Part shown: positions 29,501 to 45,500 of the stretch, in pieces | How positions within the stretch are numbered: position 1 is the first letter of the stretch | Layout: every line of letters begins with the position of its first letter | Origin: the human T2T-CHM13v2.0 reference genome, Homo sapiens | NCBI RefSeq assembly: GCF_009914755.1 | Contig: NC_060925.1 | Strand: one strand, 5' to 3' | DNA length: 64,000 nt | Program-made: the position numbers and the translations under genes | Notes under the pieces: model-generated | The model's input: the letters and a program-made list of their open reading frames with translations, nothing else | Databases searched by the model: none | What the model was told of the DNA's origin: nothing

Positions 29501-32500
29501 GGAATTGCATGGAATCATCATAAAATGGAATCGAATGGAATCAACATCAAATGGAATCAAATGGAATCATTGAACGGAATTGAATGGAATCGTCATCGAA
29601 TGAATTGACTGCAATCATCGAATGGTCTCGAATGGAATCATCTTCAAATGGAATGGAATGGAATCATCGCATAGAATCGAATGGAATTATCATCGAATGG
29701 AATCGAATGGAATCAACATCAAACGGAAAAAAACGGAATTATCGAATGGAATCGAAGAGAATCATCGAATGGACCCGAATGGAATCATCTAATGGAATGG
29801 AATGGAATAATCCATGGACTCGAATGCAATCATCATCGAATGGAATCGAATGGAATCATCGAATGGACTCGAATGGAATAATCATTGAACGGAATCGAAT
29901 GGAATCATCATCGGATGGAAATGAATGGAATCATCATCGAATGGAATCGAATAGAATTATGGAATGAAATCCAGTGTGATCATCATCGAATGGACCCGAA
30001 TGGAATCATCATCCAACGGAAGCTAATGGAATCAACATCGAATGAATCGAATGGAAACACCATCGAATTGAAACGAATGGAATTATCATGAAATTGAAAT
30101 GGATGGACTCATCATCGAATGGATTCGAATGGAATCATCGAATAAAATTGATTGAAATCATCATCCAATGGAATCGAATGGTATCATTGAATGGAATCGA
30201 ATGGAATCATCATCAGATGGAAATGAATGGAATCGTCATAGAATGGAATCGAATGGATTCATTGAATGGAATCAGATGGAATCATCGAATGGACTGGAAT
30301 GGAATCATTGAATGGACTCGAAAGGGATCATTATTGAATGGAATTGAATGGAATCATCGAATGGTCTCGATTGGAATCATTATCAAATGGAATGGAATGG
30401 AATCACCGAATAGAATCGAATGGAACAATCATCGAATGGACTCAAATGGAATTATCCTCCAATGGAATCGAATGGAATTATCGAATGCAATCGAATGGAA
30501 TTATCGAATGCAATCGAATAGAATCATCGAATGGACTCGAATGGAATCATCGAATGGAATGGAATGGAACAGTCAATGAACTCGAATGGAATCATCATTG
30601 AATGGAATCGAATGGAATCATCGAGTGGAATCGAATGGAATTATGATCAAATGGAATCGAATGTAATCCTCATCAAATGGAATCAAAAATAACCATCATC
30701 AATTGGTATTGAATGGAATTGTCATCAAATGGAATTCAAAGGAATCATCATCAAATGGAACCGAATGGAATCCTCATTGAATGGAAATGAAAGGGGTCAT
30801 CATCTAATGGAATCGCATGGAATCATCATCAAATGGAATCGAATGGAATCATCATCAAATGGAATCTAATGGAATCATTGAACAGAATTGAATGGAATCG
30901 TCATCGAATGAATTGAATGCAATCATCGAATGGTCTCGAATGGAATCATCTTCTAATGGAAAGGAATGGAATCATCGCATAGAATCGAATGGAATTATCA
31001 TCGAATGGAATCGAATGGTATCAACATCAAACGGAAAAAAACGGAATTATCAAATGGAATCGAAGAGAATCTTCGAACGGACCCGAATGGAATCATCTAA
31101 TGGAATGGAATGGAATAATCCATGGACTCGAATGCAATCATCATCGAATGGAATGGAATGGAATCATCGAATGGACTCGAATGGAATAATCATTGAACGG
31201 AATCGAATGGAATCATCATCGGATGGAAACGAATGGAATCATCATCGAATGGAAATGAAAGGAGTCATCATCTAATGGAATTGCATGGAATCATCATAAA
31301 ATGGAATCGAATGGAATCAACATCAAATGGAATCAAATGGAATCATTGAACGGAATTGAATGGAATCGTCATCGAATGAATTGACTGCAATCATCGAATG
31401 GTCTCGAATGGAATCATCTTCAAATGGAATGGAATGGAATCATCGCATAGAATCGAATGGAATTATCATCGAATGGAATCGAATGGAATCAACATCAAAC
31501 GGAAAAAAACGGAATTATCGAATGGAATCGAAGAGAATCATCGAATGGACCCGAATGGAATCATCTAATGGAATGAAATGGAATAATCCATGGACTCGAA
31601 TGCAATCATCATCGAATGGAATCGAATGGAATCATCGAATGGACTCGAATGGAATAATCATTGAACGGAATCGAATGGAATCATCATCGGATGGAAATGA
31701 ATGGAATCATCATCGAATGGAATCGAATAGAATTATGGAATGAAATCCAGTGTGATCATCATCGAATGGACCCGAATGGAATCATCATCCAACGGAAGCT
31801 AATGGAATCAACATCGAATGAATCAAATGGAAACACCATCGAATTGAAACGAATGGAATTATCATGAAATTGAAATGGATGGACTCATCATCGAATGGAT
31901 TCGAATGGAATCATCGAATAAAATTGATTGAAATCATCATCCAATGGAATCGAATGGTATCATTGAATGGAATCGAATGGAATCATCATCAGATGGAAAT
32001 GAATGGAATCGTCATAGAATGGAATCGAATGGATTCATTGAATGGAATCAGATGGAATCATCGAATGGACTGGAATGGAATCATTGAATGGACTCGAAAG
32101 GGATCATTATTGAATGGAATTGAATGGAATCATCGAATGGTCTCGATTGGAATCATTATCAAATGGAATGGAATGGAATCACCGAATAGAATCGAATGGA
32201 ACAATCATCGAATGGACTCAAATGGAATTATCCTCCAATGGAATCGAATGGAATTATCGAATGCAATCGAATGGAATTATCGAATGCAATCGAATAGAAT
32301 CATCGAATGGACTCGAATGGAATCATCGAATGGAATGGAATGGAACAGTCAATGAACTCGAATGGAATCATCATTGAATGGAATCGAATGGAATCATCGA
32401 GTGGAATCGAATGGAATTATGATCAAATGGAACCGAATGTAATCCTCATCAAATGGAATCAAAAATAACCATCATCAATTGGTATTGAATGGAATTGTCA

Positions 32501-33058
32501 TCAAATGGAATTCAAAGGAATCATCATCAAATGGAACCGAATGGAATCCTCATTGAATGGAAATGAAAGGGGTCATCATCTAATGGAATTGCATGGAATC
32601 ATCATCAAATGGAATCGAATGGAATCATCATCAAATGGAATCTAATGGAATCATTGAACAGAATTGAATGGAATCGTCATCGAATGAATTGAATGCAATC
32701 ATCGAATGGTCTCGAATGGAATCATCTTCTAATGGAAAGGAATGGAATCATCGCATAGAATCGAATGGAATTATCATCGAATGGAATCGAATGGTATCAA
32801 CACCAAACGGAAAAAAACGGAATTATCGAATGGAATCGAAGAGAATCTTCGAATGGACCCGAATGGAATCATCTAATGGAATGGAATGGAATAATCCATG
32901 GACTCGAATGCAATCATCATCGAATGGAATCGAATGGAATCATCGAATGGACTCGAATGGAATAATCATTGAACGGAATCGAATGGAATCATCATCGGAT
33001 GGAAACGAATGGAATCATCATCGAATGGAAATGAAAGGAGTCATCATCTAATGGAATT
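23547..33058 (+). repeat. Six-unit higher-order repeat, copy 2 (truncated before the K segment)
   Basis: Same E-L-S-L-S-W order at ORFs 23788, 25564, 27340, 29116, 30892, 32668. The sequence then switches to the haplotype seen from 8193 onward. Confidence 0.88.
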
Positions 33059-36000
33059 TCATGGAATCATCATAAAATGGAATCGAATGGAATCAACATC
33101 AAATGGAATCAAATGGAATCATTGAACGGAATTGAATGGAATCGTCATCGAATGAATTGACTGCAATCATCGAATGGTCTCGAATGGAATCATCTTCAAA
33201 TGGAATGGAATGGAATCATCGCATAGAATCGAATGGAATTATCATCGAATGGAATCGAATGGAATCAACATCAAACGGAAAAAAACAGAATTATCGTATG
33301 GAATCGAAGACAATCATCGAATGGACCCGAATGGAATCATCTAATGGAATGGAATGGAATAATCCATGGACTCGAATGCAATCATCATCGAATGGAATCG
33401 AATGGAATCATCGAATGGACTCGAATGGAATAATCATTGAACGGAATCGAATGGAATCATCATCGGATGGAAATGAATGGAATCATCATCGAATGGAATC
33501 GAATAGAATTATGGAATGAAATCCAGTGTGATCATCATCGAATGGACCCGAATGGAATCATCATCCAACGGAAGCTAATGGAATCAACATCGAATGAATC
33601 GAATGGAAACACCATCGAATTGAAACGAATGGAATTATCATGAAATTGAAATGGATGGACTCATCATCGAATGGATTCGAATGGAATCATCGAATAAAAT
33701 TGATTGAAATCATCATCCAATGGAATCGAATGGTATCATTGAATGGAATCGAATGGAATCTTCATCAGATGGAAATGAATGGAATCGTCGTAGAATGGAA
33801 TCGAATGGATTCATTGAATGGAATCAGATGGAATCATCGAATGGACTGGAATGGAATCATTGAATGGACTCGAAAGGGATCATTATTGAATGGAATTGAA
33901 TGGAATCATCGAATGGTCTCGATTGGAATCATTATCAAATGGAATCGAATGGAATCACCGAACAGAATCGAATGGAACAATCATCGAATGGACTCAAATG
34001 GAATTATCCTCAAATGGAATCGAATGGAATTATCGAATGCAATCGAATGGAATTATCGAATGCAATCGAATAGAATCATCGAATGGACTCGAATGGAATC
34101 ATCGAATGGAATGGAATGGAACAGTCAATGAACTCGAATGGAATCATCATTGAATGGAATCGAATGGAATCATCGAGTGGAATCAAATGGAATTATGATC
34201 AAATGGAATCGAATGTAATCATCATCAAATGGAATCAAAAATAACCATCATCAATTGGTATTGAATGGAATTGTCATCAAATGGAATTCAAAGGAATCAT
34301 CATCAAATGGAACCGAATGGAATCCTCATTGAATGGAAATGAAAGGGGTCATCATCTAATGGAATCGCATGGAATCATCATCAAATGGAATCGAATGGAA
34401 TCATCATCAAATGGAATCTAATGGAATCATTGAACAGAATTGAATGGAATCGTCATCGAATGAATTGAATGCAATCATCGAATGGTCTCGAATGGAATCA
34501 TCTTCTAATGGAAAGGAATGGAATCATCGCATAGAATCGAATGGAATTATCATCGAATGGAATCGAATGGTATCAACACCAAACGGAAAAAAACGGAATT
34601 ATCGAATGGAATCGAAGAGAATCTTCGAACGGACCCGAATGGAATCATCTAATGGAATGGAATGGAATAATCCATGGACTCGAATGCAATCATCATCGAA
34701 TGGAAAGGAATGGAATCATCGAATGGACTCGAATGGAATAATCATTGAACGGAATCGAATGGAATCATCATCGGATGGAAACGAATGGAATCATCATCGA
34801 ATGGAAATGAAAGGAGTCATCATCTAATGGAATTGCATGGAATCATCATAAAATGGAATCGAATGGAATCAACATCAAATGGAATCAAATGGAATCATTG
34901 AACGGAATTGAATGGAATCGTCATCGAATGAATTGACTGCAATCATCGAATGGTCTCGAATGGAATCATCTTCAAATGGAATGGAATGGAATCATCGCAT
35001 AGAATCGAATGGAATTATCATCGAATGGAATCGAATGGAATCAACATCAAACGGAAAAAAACGGAATTATCGAATGGAATCGAAGAGAATCATCGAATGG
35101 ACCCGAATGGAATCATCTAATGGAATGGAATGGAATAATCCATGGACTCGAATGCAATCATCATCTAATGGAATCGAATGGAATCATCGAATGGACTCGA
35201 ATGGAATAATCATTGAACGGCATCGAATGGAATCATCATCGGATGGAAATGAATGGAATCATCATCGAATGGAATCGAATAGAATTATGGAATGAAATCC
35301 AGTGTGATCATCATCGAATGGACCCGAATGGAATCATCATTCAACGGAAGCTAATGGAATCAACATCGAATGAATCAAATGGAAACACCATCGAATTGAA
35401 ACGAATGGAATTATCATGAAATTGAAATGGATGGACTCATCATCGAATGGATTCGAATGGAATCATCGAATAAAATTGATTGAAATCATCATCGAATGGA
35501 ATCCAATGGTATCATTGAATGGAATCGAATGGAATCATCATCAGATGGAAATGAATGGAATCGTCATAGAATGGAATCGAATGGATTCATTGAATGGAAT
35601 CAGATGGAATCATCGAATGGACTGGAATGGAATCATTGAATGGACTCGAAAGGGATCATGATTGAATGGAATTGAATGGAATCATCGAATGGTCTCGATT
35701 GGAATCATTATCAAATGGAATCGAATGGAATCACCGAATAGAATCGAATGGAACAATCATCGAATGGACTCAAATGGAATTATCCTCAAATGGAATCGAA
35801 TGGAATTATCGAATGCAATCGAATGGAATTATCGATTGCAATCGAATAGAATCATCGAATGGACTCGAATGGAATCATCGAATGGAATGGAATGGAACAG
35901 TCAATGAACTCGAATGGAATCATCATTGAATGGAATCGAATGGAATCATCGAGTGGAATCGAATGGAATTATGATCAAATGGAATCGAATGTAATCATCA

Positions 36001-37700
36001 TCAAATGGAATCAAAAATAACCATCATCAATTGGTATTGAATGGAATTGTCATCAAATGGAATTCAAAGGAATCATCATCAAATGGAACCGAATGGAATC
36101 CTCATTGAATGGAAATGAAAGGGGTCATCATCTAATGGAATCGCATGGAATCATCATCAAATGGAATCGAATGGAATCATCATCAAATGGAATCTAATGG
36201 AATCATTGAACAGAATTGAATGGAATCGTCATCGAATGAATTGAATGCAATCATCGAATGGTCTCGAATGGAATCATCTTCTAATGGAAAGGAATGGAAT
36301 CATCGCATAGAATCGAATGGAATTATCATCGAATGGAATCGAATGGTATCAACACCAAACGGAAAAAAACGGAATTATCGAATGGAATCGAAGAGAATCT
36401 TCGAACGGACCCGAATGGAATCATCTAATGGAATGGAATGGAATAATCCATGGACTCGAATGCAATCATCATCGAAAGGAATCGAATGGAATCATCGAAT
36501 GGACTCGAATGGAATAATCATTGAACGGAATCGATTGGAATCATCATCGGATGGAAACGAATGGAATCATCATCGAATGGAAATGAAAGGAGTAATCATC
36601 TAATGGAATTGCATGGAATCATCATAAAATGGAATCGAATGGAATCAACATCAAATGGAATCAAATGGAATCATTGAACGGAATTGAATGGAATCGTCAT
36701 CGAATGAATTGACTGCAATCATCGAATGGTCTCGAATGGAATCATCTTCAAATGGAATGGAATGGAATCATCGCATAGAATCGAATGGAATTATCATCGA
36801 ATGGAATCGAATGGAATCAACATCCAACGGAAAAAAACGGAATTATCGAATGGAATCGAAGAGAATCATCGAATGGACCCGAATGGAATCATCTAATGGA
36901 ATGGAATGGAATAATCCATGGACTCGAATGCAATCATCATCGAATGGAATTGAATGGAATCATCGAATGGACTCGAATGGAATAATCATTGAACGGCATC
37001 GAATGGAATCATCATCGGATGGAAATGAATGGAATCATCATCGAATGGAATCGAATAGAATTATGGAATGAAATCCAGTGTGATCATCATCGAATGGACC
37101 CGAATGGAATCATCATTCAACGGAAGCTAATGGAATCAACATCGAATGAATCAAATGGAAACACCATCGAATTGAAACGAATGGAATTATCATGAAATTG
37201 AAATGGATGGACTCATCATCGAATGGATTCGAATGGAATCATCGAATAAAATTGATTGAAATCATCATCGAATGGAATCCAATGGTATCATTGAATGGAA
37301 TCGAATGGAATCATCATCAGATGGAAATGAATGGAATCGTCATAGAATGGAATCGAATGGATTCATTGAATGGAATCAGATGGAATCATCGAATGGACTG
37401 GAATGGAATCATTGAATGGACTCGAAAGGGATCATGATTGAATGGAATTTAATGGAATCATCGAATGGTCTGGATTGGAATCATTATCAAATGGAATCGA
37501 ATGGAATCACCGAATAGAATCGAATGGAACAATCATCGAATGGACTCAAATGGAATTATCCTCAAATGGAATCGAATGGAATTATCGAATGCAATCGAAT
37601 GGAATTATCGAATGCAATCGAACAGAATCATCTAATGGACTCGAATGGAATCATCGAATGGAATGGAATGGAACAGTCAATGAACTCGAATGGAATCATC
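33059..37700 (+). repeat. Copy of the ~2.6-unit block at ~8193-12830 (offset 24,866 bp)
   Basis: Private variants recur in order at +24,866: GGAATTTCATGG (8193/33059), ACAGAATTATCGTATG, GAAGACAATC, GGCATCG, CGAAAGGAATC, GGAATTTAATGG, GGTCTGGATT, ATCATCTAAT (12767/37633). ORF pairs 8270/33136, 9578/34444, 11354/36220 and 12576/37442 have identical translations. Confidence 0.92.
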
Positions 37701-39530
37701 ATTGAATGGAATCGAATGGAATCATCGAGTGGAATCGAATGGAATTATGATCAAATGGAATCGAATGTTATCATCATCAAATGGAATCAAAAATAACCAT
37801 CATCAATTGGTATTGAATGGAATTGTCATCAAATGGAATTCAAAGGAATCATCATCAAATGGAACCGAATGGAATCCTCATTGAATGGAAATGAAAGGGG
37901 TCATCATCTAATGGAATCGCATGGAATCATCATCAAATGGAATCGAATGGAATCATCATCAAATGGAATCTAATGGAATCATTGAACAGAATTGAATGGA
38001 ATCGTCATCGAATGAATTGAATGCAATCATCGAATGGTCTCGAATGGAATCATCTTCTAATGGAAAGGAATGGAATCATCGCATAGAATCGAATGGAATT
38101 ATCATCGAATGGAATCGAATGGTATCAACACCAAACGGAAAAAAACGGAATTATCGAATGGAATCGAAGAGAATCTTCGAACGGACCCGAATGGAATCAT
38201 CTAATGGAATGGAATGGAATAATCCATGGACTCGAATGCAATCAAAATCGAATGGAATCGAATGGAATCATCGAATGGACTCGAATGGAATAATCATTGA
38301 ACGGAATCGAATGGAATCATCATCGGATGGAAACGAATGGAATCATCATCGAATGGAAATGAAAGGAGTCATCATCTAATGGAATTGCATGGAATCATCA
38401 TAAAATGGAATCGAATGGAATCAACATCAAATGGAATCAAATGGAATCATTGAACGGAATTGAATGGAATCGTCATCGAATGAATTGACTGCAATCATCC
38501 AATAGTCTCGAATGGAATCATCTTCAAATGGAATGGAATGGAATCATCGCATAGAATCGAATGGAATTATCATCGAATGGAATCGAATGGAATCAACATC
38601 AAACGGAAAAAACGGAATTATCGAATGGAATCGAAGAGAATCATCGAATGGACCCGAATGGAATCATCTAATGGAATGGAATGGAATAATCCATGGACTC
38701 GAATGCAATCATCTTCGAATGGAATCAAATGGAATCATCGAATGGACTCGAATGGAATAATCATTGAACGGAATCGAATGGAATCGTCATCGGATGGAAA
38801 TGAATGGAATCATCATCGAATGGAATCGAATAGAATTATGGAATGAAATCCAGTGTGATCATCATCGAATGGACCCGAATGGAATCATCATCCAACGGAA
38901 GCTAATGGAATCAACATCGAATGAATCAAATGGAAACACCATCGAGTTGAAACGAATGGAATTATCATGAAATTGAAATGGATGGACTCATCATCGAATG
39001 GATTCGAATGGAATCATCGAATAAAATTGATTGAAATCATCATCCAATGGAATCGAATGGTATCATTGAATGGAATCGAATGGAATCATCATCAGATGGA
39101 AATGAATGGAATCGTCATAGAATGGAATCGAATGGATTCATTGAATGGAATCAGATGGAATCATCGAATGGACTGGAATGGAATCATTGAATGGACTCGA
39201 AAGGGATCATTATTGAATGGAATTGAATGGAATCATCGAATGGTCTCGATTGGAATCATTATCAAATGGAATCGAATGGAATCACCGAATAGAATCGAAT
39301 GGAACAATCATCGAATGGACTCAAATGGAATTATCCTCAAATGGAATCGAATGGAATTATCGAATGCAATCGAATGGAATTATCGAATGCAATCGAATAT
39401 AATGATCGAATGGACTCGAATGGAATCATCGAATGGAATGGAATGGAACAGTCAATGAACTCGAATGGAATCATCATTGAATGGAATCGAATGGAATCAT
39501 CGAGTGGAATCGAATGGAATTATGATCAAA

Positions 39531-42500
39531 TTGCAATCGAATGTAATCCTCATCAAATGGAATCAAAAATAACCATCATCAATTGGTATTGAATGGAATT
39601 GTCATCAAATGGAATTCAAAGGAATCATCATCAAATGGAACCGAATGGAATCCTCATTGAATGGAAATGAAAGGGGTCATCATCTAATGGAATCGCATGG
39701 AATCATCATCAAATGGAATCGAATGGAATCATCATCAAATGGAATCTAATGGAATCATTGAACAGAATTGAATGGAATCGTCATCGAATGAATTGAATGC
39801 AATCATCGAATGGTCTCGAATGGAATCATCTTCTAATGGAAAGGAATGGAATCATCGCATAGAATCGAATGGAATTATCATCGAATGGAATCGAATGGTA
39901 TCAACACCAAACGGAGAAAAACGGAATTATCGAATGGAATCGAAGAGAATCTTCGAACGGACCCGAATGGAATCATCTAATGGAATGGAATGGAATAATC
40001 CATGGACTCGAATGCAATCATCATCGAATGGAATCGAATGGAATCATCGAATGGACTCGAATGGAATAATCATTGAACGGAATCGAATGGAATCATCATC
40101 GGATGGAAACGAATGGAATCATCATCGAATGGAAATGAAAGGAGTCATCATCTAATGGAATTGCATGGAATCATCATAAAATGGAATCGAATGGAATCAA
40201 CATCAAATGGAATCAAATGGAATCATTGAACGGAATTGAATGGAATCGTCATCGAATGAATTGACTGCAATCATCGAATGGTCTCGAATGGAATCATCTT
40301 CAAATGGAATGGAATGGAATCATCGCATAGAATCGAATGGAATTATCATCGAATGGAATCGAATGGAATCAACATCAAACGGAAAAAAACGGAATTATCG
40401 AATGGAATCGAAGAGAATCATCGAATGGACCCGAATGGAATCATCTAATGGAATGGAATGGAATAATCCATGGACTCGAATGCAATCATCATCGAATGGA
40501 ATCGAATGGAATCATCGAATGGACTCGAATGGAATAATCATTGAACGGAATCGAATGGAATCATCATCGGATGGAAATGAATGGAATCATCATCGAATGG
40601 AATCGAATAGAATTATGGAATGAAATCCAGTGTGATCATCATCGAATGGACCCGAATGGAATCATCATCCAACGGAAGCTAATGGAATCAACATCGAATG
40701 AATCGAATGGAAACACCATCGAATTGAAACGAATGGAATTATCATGAAATTGAAATGGATGGACTCATCATCGAATTGATTCGAATGGAATCATCGAATA
40801 AAATTGATTGAAATCATCATCCAATGGAATCGAATGGTATCATTGAATGGAATCGAATGGAATCATCATCAGATGGAAATGAATGGAATCGTCATAGAAT
40901 GGAATCGAATGGATTCATTGAATGGAATCAGATGGAATCATCGAATGGACTGGAATGGAATCATTGAATGGACTCGAAAGGGATCATGATTGAATGGAAT
41001 TGAATGGAATCATCGAATGGTCTCGATTGGAATCATTATCAAATGGAATGGAATGGAATCACCGAATAGAATCGAATGGAACAATCATCGAATGGACTCA
41101 AATGGAATTATCCTCCAATGGAATCGAATGGAATTATCGAATGCAATCGAATGGAATTATCGAATGCAATCGAATAGAATCATCGAATGGACTCGAATGG
41201 AATCATCGAATGGAATGGAATGGAACAGTCAATGAACTCGAATGGAATCATCATTGAATGGAATCGAATGGAATGATCGAGTGGAATCGAAAGAAATTAT
41301 GATCAAATGGAAGCGAACGTAATCATCATCAAATGGAATCAAAAATAACCATAATCAATTGGTATTGAATGGAATTGTCATCAAATGGAATTCAAAGGAA
41401 TCATCATCAAATGGAACCGAATGGAATCCTCATTGAATGGAAAAGAAAGGGGTCATCATCTAATGGAATCGCATGGAATCATCATCAAATGGAATCGAAT
41501 GGAATCATCATCAAATGGAATCTAATGGAATCATTGAACAGAATTGAATGGAATCGTCATCGAATGAATTGAATGCAATCATCGAATGGTCTCGAATGGA
41601 ATCATCTTCTAATGGAAAGGAATGGAATCATCGCATAGAATCGAATGGAATTATCATCGAATGGAATCGAATGGTATCAACACCAAACGGAAAAAAACGG
41701 AATTATCGAATGGAATCGAAGAGAATCTTCGAACGGACCCGAATGGAATCATCTAATGGAATGGAATGGAATAATCCATGGACTCGAATGCAATCATCAT
41801 CGAATGGAATGGAATGGAATCATCGAATGGACTCGAATGGAATAATCATTGAACGGAATCGAATGGAATCATCATTGGATGGAAACGAATGGAATCATCA
41901 TCGAATGGAAATGAAAGGAGTCATCATCTAATGGAATTGCATGGAATCATCATAAAATGGAATCGAATGGAATCAACATCAAATGGAATCAAATGGAATC
42001 ATTGAACGGAATTGAATGGAATCGTCATCGAATGAATTGACTGCAATCATCGAATGGTCTCGAATGGAATCATCTTCAAATGGAATGGAATGGAATCATC
42101 GCATAGAATCGAATGGAATTATCATCGAATGGAATCGAATGGAATCAACATCAAACGGAAAAAAACGGAATTATCGAATGGAATCGAAGAGAATCATCGA
42201 ATGGACCCGAATGGAATCATCTAATGGAATGGAATGGAATAATCCATGGACTCGAATGCAATCATCATCGAATGGAATCGAATGGAATCATCGAATGGAC
42301 TCGAATGGAATAATCATTGAACGGAATCGAATGGAATCATCATCGGATGGAAATGAATGGAATCATCATCGAATGGAATCGAATAGAATTATGGAATGAA
42401 ATCCAGTGTGATCATCATCGAATGGACCCGAATGGAATCATCATCCAACGGAAGCTAATGGAATCAACATCGAATGAATCGAATGGAAACACCATCGAAT

Positions 42501-45500
42501 TGAAACGAATGGAATTATCATGAAATTGAAATGGATGGACTCATCATCGAATGGATTCGAATGGAATCATCGAATAAAATTGATTGAAATCATCATCCAA
42601 TGGAATCGAATGGTATCATTGAATGGAATCGAATGGAATCATCATCAGATGGAAATGAATGGAATCGTCATAGAATGGAATCGAATGGATTCATTGAATG
42701 GAATCAGATGGAATCATCGAATGGACTGGAATGGAATCATTGAATGGACTCGAAAGGGATCATTATTGAATGGAATTGAATGGAATCATCGAATGGTCTC
42801 GATTGGAATCATTATCAAATGGAATGGAATGGAATCACCGAATAGAATCGAATGGAACAATCATCGAATGGACTCAAATGGAATTATCCTCCAATGGAAT
42901 CGAATGGAATTATCGAATGCAATCGAATGGAATTATCGAATGCAATCGAATAGAATCATCGAATGGACTCGAATGGAATCATCGAATGGAATGGAATGGA
43001 ACAGTCAATGAACTCGAATGGAATCATCATTGAATGGAATCGAATGGAATCATCGAGTGGAATCGAATGGAATTATGATCAAATGGAATCGAATGTAATC
43101 CTCATCAAATGGAATCAAAAATAACCATCATCAATTGGTATTGAATGGAATTGTCATCAAATGGAATTCAAAGGAATCATCATCAAATGGAACCGAATGG
43201 AATCCTCATTGAATGGAAATGAAAGGGGTCATCATCTAATGGAATCGCATGGAATCATCATCAAATGGAATCGAATGGAATCATCATCAAATGGAATCTA
43301 ATGGAATCATTGAACAGAATTGAATGGAATCGTCATCGAATGAATTGAATGCAATCATCGAATGGTCTCGAATGGAATCATCTTCTAATGGAAAGGAATG
43401 GAATCATCGCATAGAATCGAATGGAATTATCATCGAATGGAATCGAATGGTATCAACATCAAACGGAAAAAAACGGAATTATCGAATGGAATCGAAGAGA
43501 ATCTTCGAACGGACCCGAATGGAATCATCTAATGGAATGGAATGGAATAATCCATGGACTCGAATGCAATCATCATCGAATGGAATGGAATGGAATCATC
43601 GAATGGACTCGAATGGAATAATCATTGAACGGAATCGAATGGAATCATCATCGGATGGAAACGAATGGAATCATCATCGAATGGAAATGAAAGGAGTCAT
43701 CATCTAATGGAATTGCATGGAATCATCATAAAATGGAATCGAATGGAATCAACATCAAATGGAATCAAATGGAATCATTGAACGGAATTGAATGGAATCG
43801 TCATCGAATGAATTGACTGCAATCATCGAATGGTCTCGAATGGAATCATCTTCAAATGGAATGGAATGGAATCATCGCATAGAATCGAATGGTATTATCA
43901 TCGAATGGAATCGAATGGAATCAACATCAAACGGAAAAAAACGGAATTATCGAATGGAATCGAATAGAATCATCGAATGGACCCGAATGGAATCATCTAA
44001 TGGAATGAAATGGAATAATCCATGGACTCGAATGCAATCATCATCGAATGGAATCGAATGGAATCATCGAATGGACTCGAATGGAATAATCATTGAACGG
44101 AATCGAATGGAATCATCATCGGATGGAAATGAATGGAATCATCATCGAATGGAATCGAATAGAATTATGGAATGAAATCCAGTGTGATCATCATCGAATG
44201 GACCCGAATGGAATCATCATCCAACGGAAGCTAATGGAATCAACATCGAATGAATCGAATGGAAACACCATCGAATTGAAACGAATGGAATTATCATGAA
44301 ATTGAAATGGATGGACTCATCATCGAATGGATTCGAATGGAATCATCGAATAAAATTGATTGAAATCATCATCCAATGGAATCGAATGGTATCATTGAAT
44401 GGAATCGAATGGAATCATCATCAGATGGAAATGAATGGAATCGTCATAGAATGGAATCGAATGGATTCATTGAATGGAATCAGATGGAATCATCGAATGG
44501 ACTGGAATGGAATCATTGAATGGACTCGAAAGGGATCATTATTGAATGGAATTGAATGGAATCATCGAATGGTCTCGATTGGAATCATTATCAAATGGAA
44601 TGGAATGGATTCACCGAATAGAATCGAATGGAACAATCATCGAATGGACTCAAATGGAATTATCCTCCAATGGAATCGAATGGAATTATCGAATGCAATC
44701 GAATGGAATTATCGAATGCAATCGAATAGAATCATCGAATGGACTCGAATGGAATCATCGAATGGAATGGAATGGAACAGTCAATGAACTCGAATGGAAT
44801 CATCATTGAATGGAATCGAATGGAATGATCGAGTGGAATCGAAAGAAATTATGATCAAATGGAAGCGAACGTAATCATCATCAAATGGAATCAAAAATAA
44901 CCATAATCAATTGGTATTGAATGGAATTGTCATCAAATGGAATTCAAAGGAATCATCATCAAATGGAACCGAATGGAATCCTCATTGAATGGAAAAGAAA
45001 GGGGTCATCATCTAATGGAATCGCATGGAATCATCATCAAATGGAATCGAATGGAATCATCATCAAATGGAATCTAATGGAATCATTGAACAGAATTGAA
45101 TGGAATCGTCATCGAATGAATTGAATGCAATCATCGAATGGTCTCGAATGGAATCATCTTCTAATGGAAAGGAATGGAATCATCGCATAGAATCGAATGG
45201 AATTATCATCGAATGGAATCGAATGGTATCAACACCAAACGGAAAAAAACGGAATTATCGAATGGAATCGAAGAGAATCTTCGAACGGACCCGAATGGAA
45301 TCATCTAATGGAATGGAATGGAATAATCCATGGACTCGAATGCAATCATCATCGAATGGAATGGAATGGAATCATCGAATGGACTCGAATGGAATAATCA
45401 TTGAACGGAATCGAATGGAATCATCATTGGATGGAAACGAATGGAATCATCATCGAATGGAAATGAAAGGAGTCATCATCTAATGGAATTGCATGGAATC

